A stretch of DNA of 64,000 nucleotides from Mobula hypostoma (Eukaryota). Of this stretch, positions 50,450-63,184 are shown piece by piece (the stretch's first letter is position 1; the number at the start of each line of letters is the position of its first letter). The notes below the pieces were generated by a model. That model saw nothing but the letters and a program-made list of their open reading frames with translations. It did not search any database and had not been told where the DNA came from. The position numbers and the translations under genes are program-made. The stretch is taken from assembly GCF_963921235.1 (NCBI RefSeq), contig NC_086108.1, forward strand, positions 90,832,001 to 90,896,000, given 5' to 3'.

Positions 50450-51930
50450 AAAGTTCAAAGTAGATTTATTATCAAAGTACATATGTCTCTATGTACAACA
50501 TTGAGATTCATTTTCTTATGGACATACTCAATTAATCCAATAACCATAATAGAAGCAAAGAAATACTGCACCAACAGGATGGGCAACCGGTGTGCAAAAG
50601 ACAACGAACTGTGCAAATACAAAATGGAAGAAGTAATAATAATAATAAATAAGTTACCAATAATTATCGAGAACATGAGATGAAGAGTCCTGGAAAGTGA
50701 GTCCATAGGTTATGGGAGCAGTTCAGTGATGGAGCAAGTGATATTGAGTGAAGTGATCCCCACTGATTCAGGAGCCTGATGGTTGAGGGGTAGTAACTGT
50801 TCCTGAATCTGGTGGCGTGAGTCCTGAGGCTGCTGTACTTTCTTCCTGATAGCAGCAACGAGAAGAGAGTGTGGGGACCCTGATGGTGGATGCTGCTTTC
50901 CTACGACAACACTCCATGTAGATACTTTACTTTATACTTTATTATTGCCAAACAATTGATACTAGAACGTACAATCATCACAGCGATATTTGATTCTGCT
51001 CTTCATGCTCCCTGGAGTACAAATCGATAGTAAATATTACAAATTTAAATTATAAATCATAAATAGAAAATAGAAAAGGGAAAGTAAGGTAGTGCAAAAA
51101 ACCGAGAGGCAGGTCTGGATATTTGGAGGGTGTGGCCCAGATCCGGGTCAGGATCCGTTCAGCAGTCTTATCACAGTTGGAAAGAAGCTGTTCCCAAATC
51201 TGGCCGTACATGTCTTCAAGCTCCTGAGCTTTCTCCTGGAGGGAAGAGGGACGAAAAGTGTGTTGGCTGGGTGGGTCGTGTCCTTGATTATTCTGGCAGC
51301 TCTGCTCCGACAGCGTGCGGTGTAAAGTGAGTCCAAGGACGGAAGATTGGTTTGTGTGATGTGCTGCGCCGTGTTCACGATCTTCTGCAGCTTCTTCCGG
51401 TCTTGGACAGGACAACTTCCATACCAGGTTGTGATGCACCCCTGAAGAATGGTTTCTACGGTGCATCTATAAAAATTAGTGAGGGTTTTAGGGGACAGGC
51501 CAAATTTCTTTAGCCTTCTCAGGAAGTAAAGGTGCTGGTGAGCCTTCTTGGCAGTGGACTCTGCTTGGTTGGACCAAGTCAGGTCATTTGTGATATTGAC
51601 CCTGAGGAACTTAAAGCTTTTGACCTGTTCCACTTGCACACCACCGATGTAAATGGGGTCGTGCAGTCCGCTACTCCTTCTGAAGTCAACAACCAATTCC
51701 TTCGTCTTGCTGACATTGAGGGATAGGTTATCGTATTCGCACCATGCCACCAGGTTCTTAATTTCCTCTCCGTACTCAGTCATTAGGAAGGCTTTACCCA
51801 TAATGGACTGGGCTTTTTGTAGGATTTTCCATTCAAGGACATTCGTGTTTCTAAACCAAACTGTGGTGCAGCCAGTCAATATACTCTCCACTATGCATCT
51901 ATAGAAGTTTGTCCAAGTTTTAGATGTCAT
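50450..51930 (-). mobile_element. Older Rex1/Babar 3' end hosting a younger Rex1
   Basis: Host peptide NFYRCIVESILTGC (51930 side) continues at 50920 with ECCRRKAAS. Confidence 0.82.
50927..51772 (-). mobile_element. Young Rex1/Babar 3' fragment, open frame to 51148
   Basis: LSLNVSKTKELVVDFRR...NSFFPTVIRLLN; (TAAAG)-type tail; junction repeat TACT at 50923-26 and 51773-76. Confidence 0.9.
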
Positions 51931-53159
51931 GCCAAAATTGGAACAGAAATAAAAATGAAATATTTGACCAAGGATACATTGATGAAAGTAATTACAATAT
52001 TACTGTCATCAAAATATATTTTAAAATGTATAATTAAATGATTATGTACAATTTCTAGATCCAAGCAGATGAAAAATTTACAAATAATGTTGGTTATAAA
52101 TAGGTATTAACATTTGTGATAGCTATAAAAGAGAACTAAAAATAATTGCTTCTTTCATGCGATTTTTACTTAAGATTTGATTTTCTACCAGTTGAAGAAG
52201 GCCCCTGTGATCATAACTGAACTATATTCTCAATTGAAGGTCTTCACTTTTCAATAAAAGTTAAATGTCAGTGTAGTGATAATTTAGAAATTATCCGTTC
52301 TTAATTCTAGCTGCCATTCTTCTTTTGAATTACTTCAAGACTTTTAATTAATTAGGGTTTTCCTTAGAATCATTGATATTATGTCTGCAGGTTTGCAGGA
52401 AATATCTTGTCACACATGATTAAGAGTGAGATTAAAAACTCAATTGCCAGCCGCTTAGTACTCAACATGAAGCATGTCTTCAGGCTTTGGCTTTTCCCCT
52501 TGGTGTCATTAGCATTTTCATTTTGGGAAAAAAAAATAAGAGTCTGTAGTGTACGCAGTAAAAAATTTCAACCTGTGGTTTAAATTATTGATTTTTTGAA
52601 TATTGAAGCAGTATTTCAAATGAATTTTGTCAGACTGTTGGGAGGAGATTTCAAAAAGTAATTTGATATAAAGAAATTCTTGTATATCCCAGATACCCCA
52701 TAAAACCATGCTATCTTGAGCCATTTGCTATCTAGGTAATAGTGATTGAGTTATATCATATTTTGATCAATAGATGGACTGAGGGTTTGGATCCAATGAT
52801 CAATATATCCAATATGTTCTTTCATGATTCTCTGTATACCATCACCAAGTTCAGCATACCAACAGTAACAAAATAAAACGAGATTTCAATTTGTCAAAAC
52901 AGAAACATGGTAATGTTAGAATATTACATTTGAGAACAATCTTAGAGAGTTGAATGTTCTTTATGTGAAAATCTGAATCTGTCTTGCTTGCACGTTCACT
53001 CAAAACTTTTTGATTATTACATTCATGTTAAAAAAAAGATCATTGAACATTCACTTAACCAGTATAGAGGTTGAAAGGTAGGAAAATATTGCACAGAATT
53101 TCACAGGAGCATCATCAAACAAGATTTGCTGCCCAGTCACAATGTACACATTTGGTCAA

Positions 53160-53452
53160 AGGCATGGTCCACTCTCCTCTCCTATCAGATTCCTTCTTCT
53201 TCAGCCCTTTATGTCTTCCACTAATCATCTCCTAGCTTCTTTCTTCATTCCCACCCAGCCACCCAGCTTTCCCCTCACCTGGTTTCACGTATCTCTTACT
53301 AGCTTTTACTCCATCTCCTCCCCCACCCTCTTATCCTGGCTTCCTCTTCCTTGCCAGCCCTGATGAAGAGTCTTGGCCTGAAACGTTGACTATTTATTCC
53401 TTTCAATAGAAGCTGCCTGACCTGCTGAGTTCCTCCAGCATTTTGTGTATGC
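53160..53452 (+). mobile_element. PLE 3'UTR and terminal repeat
   Basis: Pyrimidine-rich UTR, then CTGATGA (53360-66) and GAAAC (53380-84). Confidence 0.8.
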
Positions 53453-55325
53453 TGATCTGGTTTAGTCAAATAGGTATGTTGTAAGGAGCATTCTAATGAA
53501 CAGAGGAAATGTAGAGAGGCACGAATATTTAGGGAAAAAAATCTCAGAGCTCAAGGCAGCTAAAAGCATGGCTGTGAACAATGAATTAATTAATTCTGTG
53601 TTGATTAGAAGGTCAGAGCTGGAACAGTAAAAATAACCCTGAAGAGTTGTATGAATGGAAGAAACTAAGTTGCATATGGCTGATGGCAGTGGAAGTATTT
53701 GAAAAGAAGGGTGAGAATTTTAAGATCAAGGCACTGCTTTAGTGAGTATCTGTGTAAGTCAGAGGGTGTGGCAGTGACAAGTGAATGCGAGTTAGAATGG
53801 GGGCAAGTAGTTTTCTCTGGGACCGTGAGACTATAAGACATTGGAGCATTCTGACCATTGAGACTGCTCTGCCACTTAATTATAGCTGATTTAGTTTCCC
53901 TCTCAACCCCATTCTCCTGCCTTCTCCCTATAACCTTTTATGCCCTTTCTAATCTAGAACCTATCAACTTGCACATTAAATACACCCAAGGAAAACACAA
54001 GGAATGCAGATGCTGAAAATCAGCAGCAATACACAAAATGCTTGAGGAACTCTGCAAGGTTATGCAACATCTATAGAGGGAAGTGGAGCTTTGACTGGCT
54101 TGAATTTACAGTGAGCACAATGATAGAGTCTGGCTGGAATCAGTTAACAGAGGGATAACAAGGCATAGCTGAAGGTTTCATCAATGACTATGCAAACTGT
54201 GGAATATCTTGTGGTCAATGTCTGAGAAGAAGTAGATTGGACATAGGAGTGTGTAATATAGTGATAGGGGAATAAATCAACATCGAACAAGGATGTGAGT
54301 AGGTAGTCTCAGCAACAACATTGACAACTCAACTTGGATCAAATATGACACTTAAGTTTACGAACAGTCTGGTTTAGCCTTTGGCTGACAGAGGGTTGGA
54401 ATCAATGGCCAGGAACTGGTGCTTGTGAAAGGGACAGAAGATTTACTCCTCCTACTCTTTAGTGCAAAGAAATTTTTGCTCTGAGCATTAAACTACATGT
54501 CAGACAAGCTGTCTGGTGCGGTGGAGCCAGGAGAGCTTGAAAGCTCTGATGCTGCTGGAGAGCTGATTGTCCAATTGTGGAAAGCACGACATTAAAGTGC
54601 TATTAACTTAGTTATCATATGGTAGAAATCAGAATATCACAGTAAATGGAGAACATAGTCCTTCCCTTAAAGAAACCAATGCTCCCAAAGACAACAGATT
54701 TTTGATCTACCATTCCAGATAGCAAATTCCTGCGTGAAATGTTTTTGACAACATAAAAGAATTTGACTTTTGCTAGCATGTCTCTATTGTACAATTGTGG
54801 ATTAACTTAAAAGATAATTTTGTTTTGCACTTAATTGTTCATTCACTGTGTGTAGCTGTCTCTGGTAGCACCAAAATTTATTGTCTATCCTTTAAGGCAA
54901 GGGTTTCCAACCTGGGGTCCACAGACACCTTGCTTAATGGTATTGATCCATGGCACAAAAATGGTGGGGAAAACAACTCAGAGAGTCAGTCAAGAGCCAG
55001 TGTTAGTTGGACAGGGTCACAAACTCACACTGGATAAGGACAGTAGATTTCCTTCCAAAATTGACATCAATGAACTAATTGGATTTTTTTTTCTAATTTC
55101 ATCACTGCAATTCCTAGTTTGTCATTCCAGAGTTAATTACTGGAATGTAAATTCCACTGTGCTGCAGTGGAATTCAAAGTCACGTCTCAGCGTTTGGATT
55201 CTAACCCACTAACTTAACCACATGCTACCAGACTCGTGCACTCTACTCGCTACATTCAGAACTCTCCCAAAGGTCTCTCTTTTTTTCTAATCATTTTCAA
55301 GTCTGAAGGGACTAAGCTTTCTACG

Positions 55326-55851
55326 CACCCAGTGGCCACTTTGTTAGGTACACCTTCCAACTCAAGTGTGGTAGTCTGCTGCTGTAGCCCATCCAGTTCA
55401 AGGGTAGAGGTGCTGTGTGTTCTTCTGAATACCACCATTGCAACGCATGGTATTTTGAGCTATGGTCACCTTCTTGTCAGCCTCAACCAGTCTGGCCTAT
55501 CATTAATAAGGCACTTTCGCTCATAGAATTGCTGCTCACTGGATGCTATTTGTTTTTCACACCACACCATTCTCTGTAAACTCTAGAGACTGTTGTGCAT
55601 AAAAATTACAAGAGTTCAGCAGTTTCTGAGATACTCAATCGGCCTCATCTGGCATCAACAATCATTCCCATGGTCAAAGACCCTTAGATCACACTTCTTC
55701 CCCATTCTGATGTTTGGTCTGAACAAAACTGAACCATTGGACCATGACCACAGGCTTTTATTCATTGAGTTGCTGCCATGTGATTGGCTGATTGAATATT
55801 TGCATTAATGAGCAGGTATACAGGTATGCCTAATTAAATTACCACTGAGTG
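55326..55851. mobile_element. Tc1/mariner-like MITE, copy 3
   Basis: cacccagtggccactttgttaggtac...accactgagtg followed by TA. Confidence 0.82.
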
Positions 55852-56197
55852 TACAGACCAGTGCTTTGATTCGATATACCAGCTGCTTTGTAATTCCCTG
55901 TTTTGTATTTAATATTTCTGTCATATTTGAGCAATCTTGTAAATATATTATTTGATTAAGCATTCTTTGTTTATTTCTTTAATTTTGGTTATATGTAAAA
56001 ATATGTGTAGCACACGTCATGATGCCACCACATCATACGTGCATGCCTCGCTTGAAGTTAAAAAAAAGTACATGTCTTATCTTCTGTCTCTCTTGTTTTC
56101 CTTGGAATTAGTTTAATATTTTGGAGTTACAAACCGTAACGGCAGTCTCCTGTTATTCAGTGATTAAAACTGAATCCAGTACTTGGAGTGTAACTGC

Positions 56198-56326
56198 AAA
56201 CAAGAGAAAATCTGCAGATGCTGGAAATCCAAGCAACACACACAAGATACTGGAGGAACTCAGCAAGCTAGACAGCTTTGATGGAAAAGAGTAAACAGTC
56301 AACATTTTGGGCTGAGACCCTTCATT
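56198..56326 (-). mobile_element. PLE terminal-repeat fragment
   Basis: aaatctgcagatgctggaaatcc...ggaggaactcagc...gggctgagacccttca. Confidence 0.78.
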
Positions 56327-56398
56327 ATTTACACTTCAACTTGAAGTGTAACTTGCCTTGGCCAACTCAGACTTGAATTGTGCACATTTGATAGTATA

Positions 56399-56663
56399 TG
56401 ATGATTATGTCGACTCAGGCCTGAGAGGCCAGTGTTGGGCATTTTCATGCCTTACAAGGTGCAAAACGAGAGACAGTGAGGTGCGCCACGCCTCACATAG
56501 ACATTTTGCAGTACAGTATTTTCTTTATTTTACGAGGTCGAGTTGCAAGCTCAACACTCAACCCAGCACGGATGGAAAGTGTACTCGGGAACGGCCAGAC
56601 TGGATTCGAACCTGGGAACCTCCGTTCCAGAGTCTGGCGCTGATGTCACTGCGCCACCAGCGC
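56399..56663 (-). mobile_element. tRNA-derived SINE
   Basis: Reverse complement has A box TGGCGCAGTGA and B box GGTTCGAATCC; TSD agtata at 56393-98 and 56664-69. Confidence 0.85.
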
Positions 56664-56917
56664 AGTATACCTTATATTTTATTTCCTTTGTTGCTATCCT
56701 GCTACAAGTGAGCGTGGTGAGTGTTGCATCAACCATGTTTTCAGGATCGATTTGAGCCTCTTGCCTGTTTCCATGTACCGGAATTTCCCCAGAGGAGCAT
56801 ACTACCGGGAATCTCCTCTCCCCATCCACCAGGACCAAACTGTGCTGAAGTGGATCTTCCAGCATCAACATGGCTTGTAAACTGGAGTCTAACTTGACCA
56901 GTAAGGCTTGCAGAGTA

Positions 56918-57141
56918 CAAGCCAGCATTGTCTGTAAGGAGTTTGTATGTTCTCCCTGCGACCAAATGGGTCTCCTCCGGGTGCTGTGTTTTCATCCCAC
57001 ATTCCAAAGATGTACGGGTTAGTAGATTAATTGGTCACATGGGTGCAATCTTTGGAATGTGGGATGAAAACACAGCACCCGGAGGAGACCCATTTGGTCG
57101 CAGGGAGAACATACAAACTCCTTACAGACAATGCTGGCTTG
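56918..57141. repeat. Perfect 94-bp inverted repeat of V-SINE sequence with 36-nt spacer
   Basis: 56918-57011 is the exact reverse complement of 57048-57141. Confidence 0.95.
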
Positions 57142-59141
57142 CACTCCTGTTGCTGGGTTGTATCTCAAAGTAAGAAGATACTCTGTCAGTAAATAGCAAA
57201 CCCTACCTTTGGAATTCTTTGACAGCTGGCGAAGTCACAATCTCCATCACACCAGCTGTCACAGCTGTCAAAAACTTAAAATGTTTATAAAAAATCACCA
57301 TTCCAAAACTAATAATATGAACTACTTCAAACTTATTAACATTAAAACACTTGAATCCTCAGAACACAATTAAAATTTTAATTTTAATTCAATGAAGTTC
57401 TTGCCGCAGGGACTTGGAGTATTAAGTTGTCATTGTGCCACAATAAAGGCTGGTAACGACTGTCTCCATCATCAGGAAGCCTTACCATGACCCTTCTGTA
57501 TTGAAGAGCACAACTATCACCCAATCCTTTACCTTATAGCAGCCTCGCCCTTCGACACTATCACTAACTAGAAACCTACAGGGAATAGGCACTTGCTGTG
57601 GCAATAGGGAATTTCAGAGCTTACACATGTTGCAGTGGGGTCTCAACACTTGATCTCATAACGGTTTTTCACCTTCTAAAGAGCTGTTTTTCCAAAACTC
57701 TAAATTTATATCGCAATCCACACTTCGCATAATGCTTGAAGTGTACATCATGTGCTCAACCTATTAGAGCTACCTCCTGCCATAAGGAAAAGTCTTGACA
57801 TGCTGACAGTGACTTGAGTGCCTCTGTCACTATATTTCCTCATTCTCGGCATTGTTCATTAATAGTATTTGTAGTGCCATTATAGTTCTGAAGAAGTTCC
57901 CCACAAGCATAAAATTTTAGGAAGTCCCAGCTGTGGAAGGCCAGTAAATCTGGCCCTGCAGTGATATCCAGCACTGATAAGTGATAATGAAGAAAGAAAA
58001 CCTAAATCCTCAGAGTGTGTTCCTCCCATGTTGATATCTGTAATAGTGATCATATCAATGTCTGCTAAATCAAGAAATCTAAAACCAAGCAACTCAATGT
58101 GCCAAATATATAGAAATGGAGGGCAATATGAGGAAGAAGGGTTAGATTGTCAGCACAGCATCATGGCTGAAGGGCCAGTACTGTTCGATGTTCTAACATC
58201 CAATTAAGGCCATAGTTATTAATCATTGACCTCTTACCAAGTACTGTCCCCGGTTCATGGTTTAAAAAGAAGTCAGATGTTTCTCAGCAGGCTGCAATCA
58301 GTGTGAGAGGTCATTTGTTGGTGATGCAGCACAGGGTTTAAAAAGAGCTCGGGTGGTTTTTGGCTCTTTTTCAGTGTGCTGCCATCAGCGCAGGGCCAAT
58401 AAAAAGAAAGGAGGTGTAAGCGGATCAGCCATTGTTGGAGTGGGATAGTGTTAGAGTGGTGCAGCTTTGGCTCAACAGGCTTGGATAAGCACAGGCGGAG
58501 GTTCCAGGTAAGTAACTAATAAGGTTTCTAGTAAGTTTTTTCGCCTCTATTAGTACATAGCTAGTGTGCGGAGAGTAGCTCCGGGGTAATTTTTTTTCTA
58601 TGTGAGATGTGGGATAACTACATCTGCACGACGTACTTGGTGCTCCAGCTCCTTAAGGAACTGGAGCTGCACCTTGGTGACTTTCAGCTCATATGGGAAA
58701 CTGAGGAGGTGATAGATAGCAGCTACAGGGAGGTAGGCACCCCTAAGTTACAAGAGGTAGTGACTGTCAGGAGAGAAAAAAGAAATAGGCAGCCAGCGCA
58801 AAGTACCTTTGTGGGCATTTCTGTCAGTAATAAGTATACTGCTTTGGATACTGTTAGGGGGATGAGTTACGAGCGGCAAGTGGAGTGACTGGGTCTCTGA
58901 CACTGCATCAGGATCTGTGGCTCAGAAGGGAAAGTGGGCGGGAGGAAGAAGAAGAGTGCAGTAGTGATTGGGGATTCCATAATTAGAGGAGCAGAAAGCA
59001 GATTCTGTGAATGAAAAAGAGACCCACCCAGATGGTATGTTGCCTCACAAGTGCCAAGGTCAGGGATGTCCCAGATCATATCCACGGCATTCTAAAAGGG
59101 GAGGGTGAACAGCGGGAAGTTGGGGTACATATTGGCACTGT

Positions 59142-59694
59142 TGTGAGGGGATGTGGCTTATTCACCGATCAAACGCTGCCTGTGCCATGTCCGTCATTGA
59201 TTGGCCCGTTTAAAAGTTACAGCCACTCTTTCCCATTGGTTGGCTTGCGCGTCACGGCACCTATTTCCGATTCTGGGCACCTCGTGGGTGTAAGAGTAGC
59301 ACTTGCTGGAGGATCACCCTCTTTTCTGCCATCCACGGGGTCTGCTTCAGGCTGAAGTCAAGACCAGTGCTGAAGGACCATTGCGAAAGAGCGCTGAAGA
59401 CATAGATGGGCCCCTGCGTTTGTTTAATTAAATATCCATTTGTAGAATGCTTAATTCTTCGGTTTTATAATTTGGTGAGATTCAATTAAAGGGTAACTGA
59501 ATGTCCAAAATTGTGGGTTTGGGTAGTTGATATGAACACTTGTTTAACTAGATGCCTGATTTAGTACCTATTAAACACCCCAGTTTAATAGTTACATTAA
59601 CTGTTCATTTTCAAACAAATAGTTAATGTACCCATTTTAAATCTGTCTCTTCTGTTTAGCTTATTGGATCCTCAAACCTGCTCTCCACATCACA
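59142..59694 (+). mobile_element. Probable solo LTR inserted in CR1 ORF1
   Basis: TGTGA...TCACA ends; interrupts the VHIGT...GRK frame; several ATTGG boxes; ATTAAA; no clear TSD. Confidence 0.6.
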
Positions 59695-61962
59695 GGTAGG
59701 AAATGGGACGAGGTCCTGAAGAGGGAATATAGGGATTTAGGCAGAAAGCTGAAACCCAGGACCTCCAGGGTAGTAACCTCTGGATTGTTGCCTGTGTCAT
59801 GCACCAGAGAGGGTAAGAACAGGATGATTTGGCGGATGAATGCATGGCTAAAGAATTGGTGTGGGGAGCAGGGTTTCAGATTTCTGGATCGTTGGGATAC
59901 CTTCTGGGGAAAGTATGACCTTTACAAACAGGATGGGTTACACCTGTATCCAAAAGGGACCAATATCCTTGTGTGCAGGTTTGGTAGAGCTGCTGAGAAG
60001 GGTTTAGACTAATTTGACAGGAGGGGATAGGAACAGAAATGAAAGGGCTGAGAATGGGACATTTGGTTTACAACACGTTGCTGCGTGTAGTGAAACTATG
60101 AGGGAAGAACTACTCTTATTGTTTGCACAATTTTTTCCTTTTCCTCTGCACATTTGGTGTTTGACAGTCTTCTTTTAATGAATTCTTTTGGGTTTCTTTG
60201 TTTTGTAGCTGCCTGTAAGAAGACAAATCTCAAAATTGTATAAAGTATACATATGTTGACAATAAATACACTTTGACTTTGACTTTGGTAGAAAAAATGA
60301 AATCAAATCCTTAGAAAGAGGTGACATAGGACTGGAAGATGTAGAATCCTTGTGGGTAGAGTTAAAAAAATAGCAAGGGTAAAAACAACCTGATGTGAAT
60401 TATATAGAGGCCTCCAAACAGTAGTCAGGATGTGAGGTATAAATTACAATGGGAAATAGAAAAGGCATGTGAAAAAGCATGTAGTGATAGTCCTAGAGGA
60501 TTTCAACATGCAGGTAGTTTGGGAAAATCAGGTTGGTGCTGGATCTCAAGAGAGGGAACTTGAAGAATGCCTACAAGATGGCTTTTTAGAGCAGCTTGTG
60601 GCTGAATCAACTACGGAAATGACAATTCTGGATTGGGTGTTATGTAATGACCCAGATTTGATTAAGCTTAAGGTAAAGGAATCCTTAGGAGGGAATGATC
60701 ATAATATGATAGAATTCACCCTGCAGTTTGAGAAGGAGAAGCTAAAATTGTATGTATCAGTATTACAGTGGAGTAGAGGGAATTACAGAGGCACGAGGGA
60801 GGAGTTGGCCAAGGTTGATTAGAAGGGGATACTAGCAGGGATAATAGCAGAACAGCAATGGCTGGTGTTTCTGACAGAAATTCAGAAGTCGCAGGAAATA
60901 TACATCCCAAATCTGAAGAAATATTCTAAACGGAGGATGAGACAACTATGGGTGACAAGGGAAGTCAAAGACAGCTTAAAGGGAGGGCATATATTATATC
61001 AAAAATTAGTGGGAAAGAAGAGGATTGGGAAGCTTTTAAAAACCAAGAGAAGGCAATGATAAAACCATAAGGGGAGAAAAGATGAAATATGTATTTATAC
61101 TAGCCAGTAATATAAAAGAGTACACAAAAAGTTTTCTCGGATATATAAAGAGTAAAAGAAAGATGAGAGTAGATATCGGGCCACTGGGATATAATGCTGG
61201 TGAGGTAGTAATGGGGGACAAAGAAATGGAAGATGAACTGAATAATCATTTTATGTCAGTCTTCATTGTGAAAGGCACTAGCAGAATACCAGAAACGTGA
61301 GTGTGTCAGGGGTAGAGGCAGAAGTGAGTGTCATTGCTGTTGCTGAGAAGAAGGTGCTTGGGAAACTGAAAAGTCTGAAGATAGAGAAGTCACCTGGACC
61401 AGATGAATGACACCCTAGTGTTCTGAAAGAGGCAGCTGAAGAGATTGTGGAGGCATTAGTAATAATCTTTCAAGAATCACAAGATTCTGGGATGGTTCTA
61501 GATGACTGGAAAATTGCAAATGTCACTCAACTCTTTTATAAAGGAGGGAGGCCAGCAGATGAAAGGAAATTATAGGTCAGTTAGCCTGCCTTCAGTGGTT
61601 GAAAAATTGTTGGACACTTTTCTTAAGGATGAGGTTTTGGGGAACTCGGAGGCATAGGATAAAATAGGACAAAGTCTAAAGGGGAAATATTGCCTGACAA
61701 ATCTGCTGGAATTCTTTGAGGAAATAACAGGCAGGATAGACAAAGGTGAGTCAGTGGATGTTGCTTATTTGGATTTTCAGAGGCTTTTGACATGGTGCCG
61801 TACATGAGGCTGCTTAACAAGATAGGAGCCCATGGTATTACAAGAAAGACACTAGAATGGTTAGACGACTGGCTGACTGGCAAGAGGCAAAGGATAGGAA
61901 TAAAGGGAGCTTTTTCTGGTTGGCTGCCATGCCTGTATTGGGACCTTTTCTTTTCATGTTAT

Positions 61963-62173
61963 GGCATATATTATATCAAAAATTAGTGGGAAAGAAGAGG
62001 ATTGGGAAACTTTTAGAAACCAAGAGAAGGCAATTATAAAGCCATAAGGGGAGAAAAGACGAAATATGAATTTATGCTAGCCAGTAATATAAAAGAGTAC
62101 ACAAAAAGTTTTCTCGGATATATAAAGAGTAAAAGAAAGATGAGAGTAGATATCAGGCCACTGGGAAATAATG
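61963..62173 (+). repeat. About 210-bp copy of 60986-61196 inserted in the RT region of the same CR1
   Basis: ggcatatattatatcaaaaattagtggg...ccactggga.ataatg is present twice. Confidence 0.93.
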
Positions 62174-63184
62174 ATTTGAGTGAAGAAATTGATGGCTTTT
62201 TGGCCAAGTCTGTGGATGATACAAAGATAGGTGGAGGACAGATAATGTTGAAGAAGCAAGGTTTTTGCAGAAAGACAAACAGATTTGAGGAATGGGCAAA
62301 GAAGTGGCAGAAGGAATATAGTGTAGGGAAGTGTATGGTAATGCACTTTTGCAGAAGGAATATAGGGATGGATGATTTTCTAAATGAAGAGAAAATTCAA
62401 TTTGAGGGCCCTTATCCATGAAAGAATGTGCTACCATTGGAGACGGTTCAGAGGAGGTTCATGAGAATGATCCCAGAATAAAAGGGTTAACATATGAGGT
62501 GTGATTGATGGCTCTGGACCTATACTCGCTGGAGTTCAGATGAATGAGGGAAGATCACATTGAAACTTATTGAATATTGAAAGGCCTAGATAGAGAGGAT
62601 GTTTCCTTTAGTGGGGAAGTCTAGGGCCAGAGGGCACAGCCTTAGAATTGAGGGACGGACACCTTAGTTGATATGATGAAAATATTCTTTAGCCAGAGGT
62701 TGGTGAAGTGGAGATTGATAGGTTCTCGATTAGTCCGGATGTCAAAAGTTACCAAGAGAAAACGGGAGAATGGGGTTGAGAGGGATGATAAATCAGCCAT
62801 GATGGAATGGTGGAGCAGAGTCAGTGGGTCAAGTGGCCTAATTCTGCTCTTACATCTTATAGTCTTACGTTGTCATCATGTACTTTTCCTATCCTGCTAC
62901 CTCTATACTGATGGTGGTTTCCTGAGCTCAGCCATCTTTTGCTGTTTCAGAATGTCAGAAGCATGAAAGTCTGTTGATTATTAAACAATGTGGAAAACTA
63001 TTCACGGTTCCTCAATATAAAGAACTCAATGCCCATGTACTGTAAAACGTAGACAGCACTTACACCTGGGCTGATGAGCAGCTTAATTCTGAAATTAATG
63101 TTTGGATTCTAGCTATTCAGAGATCATGATTGTCAATTACTTGGATGCGGGAACAACTTGTAAAAGTTCTAAGTGTATTGATAA

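Larger units (their letters stand above)
58420..62870 (+). mobile_element. Near full-length decayed CR1 (ORF1 esterase remnant plus ORF2)
   Basis: ORF1 VIGDSIIRG and DLYKQDGLHL; endonuclease ORF 60469-60822; RT remnants; 3' tail near 62860. Confidence 0.9.

Noticed and set aside
55870..56140. Possible short solo LTR
   Set aside because: LTR-like composition, but terminal CA and TSD could not be established
56590..56663. tRNA gene
   Set aside because: A/B boxes are the head of a TSD-flanked SINE with body and tail
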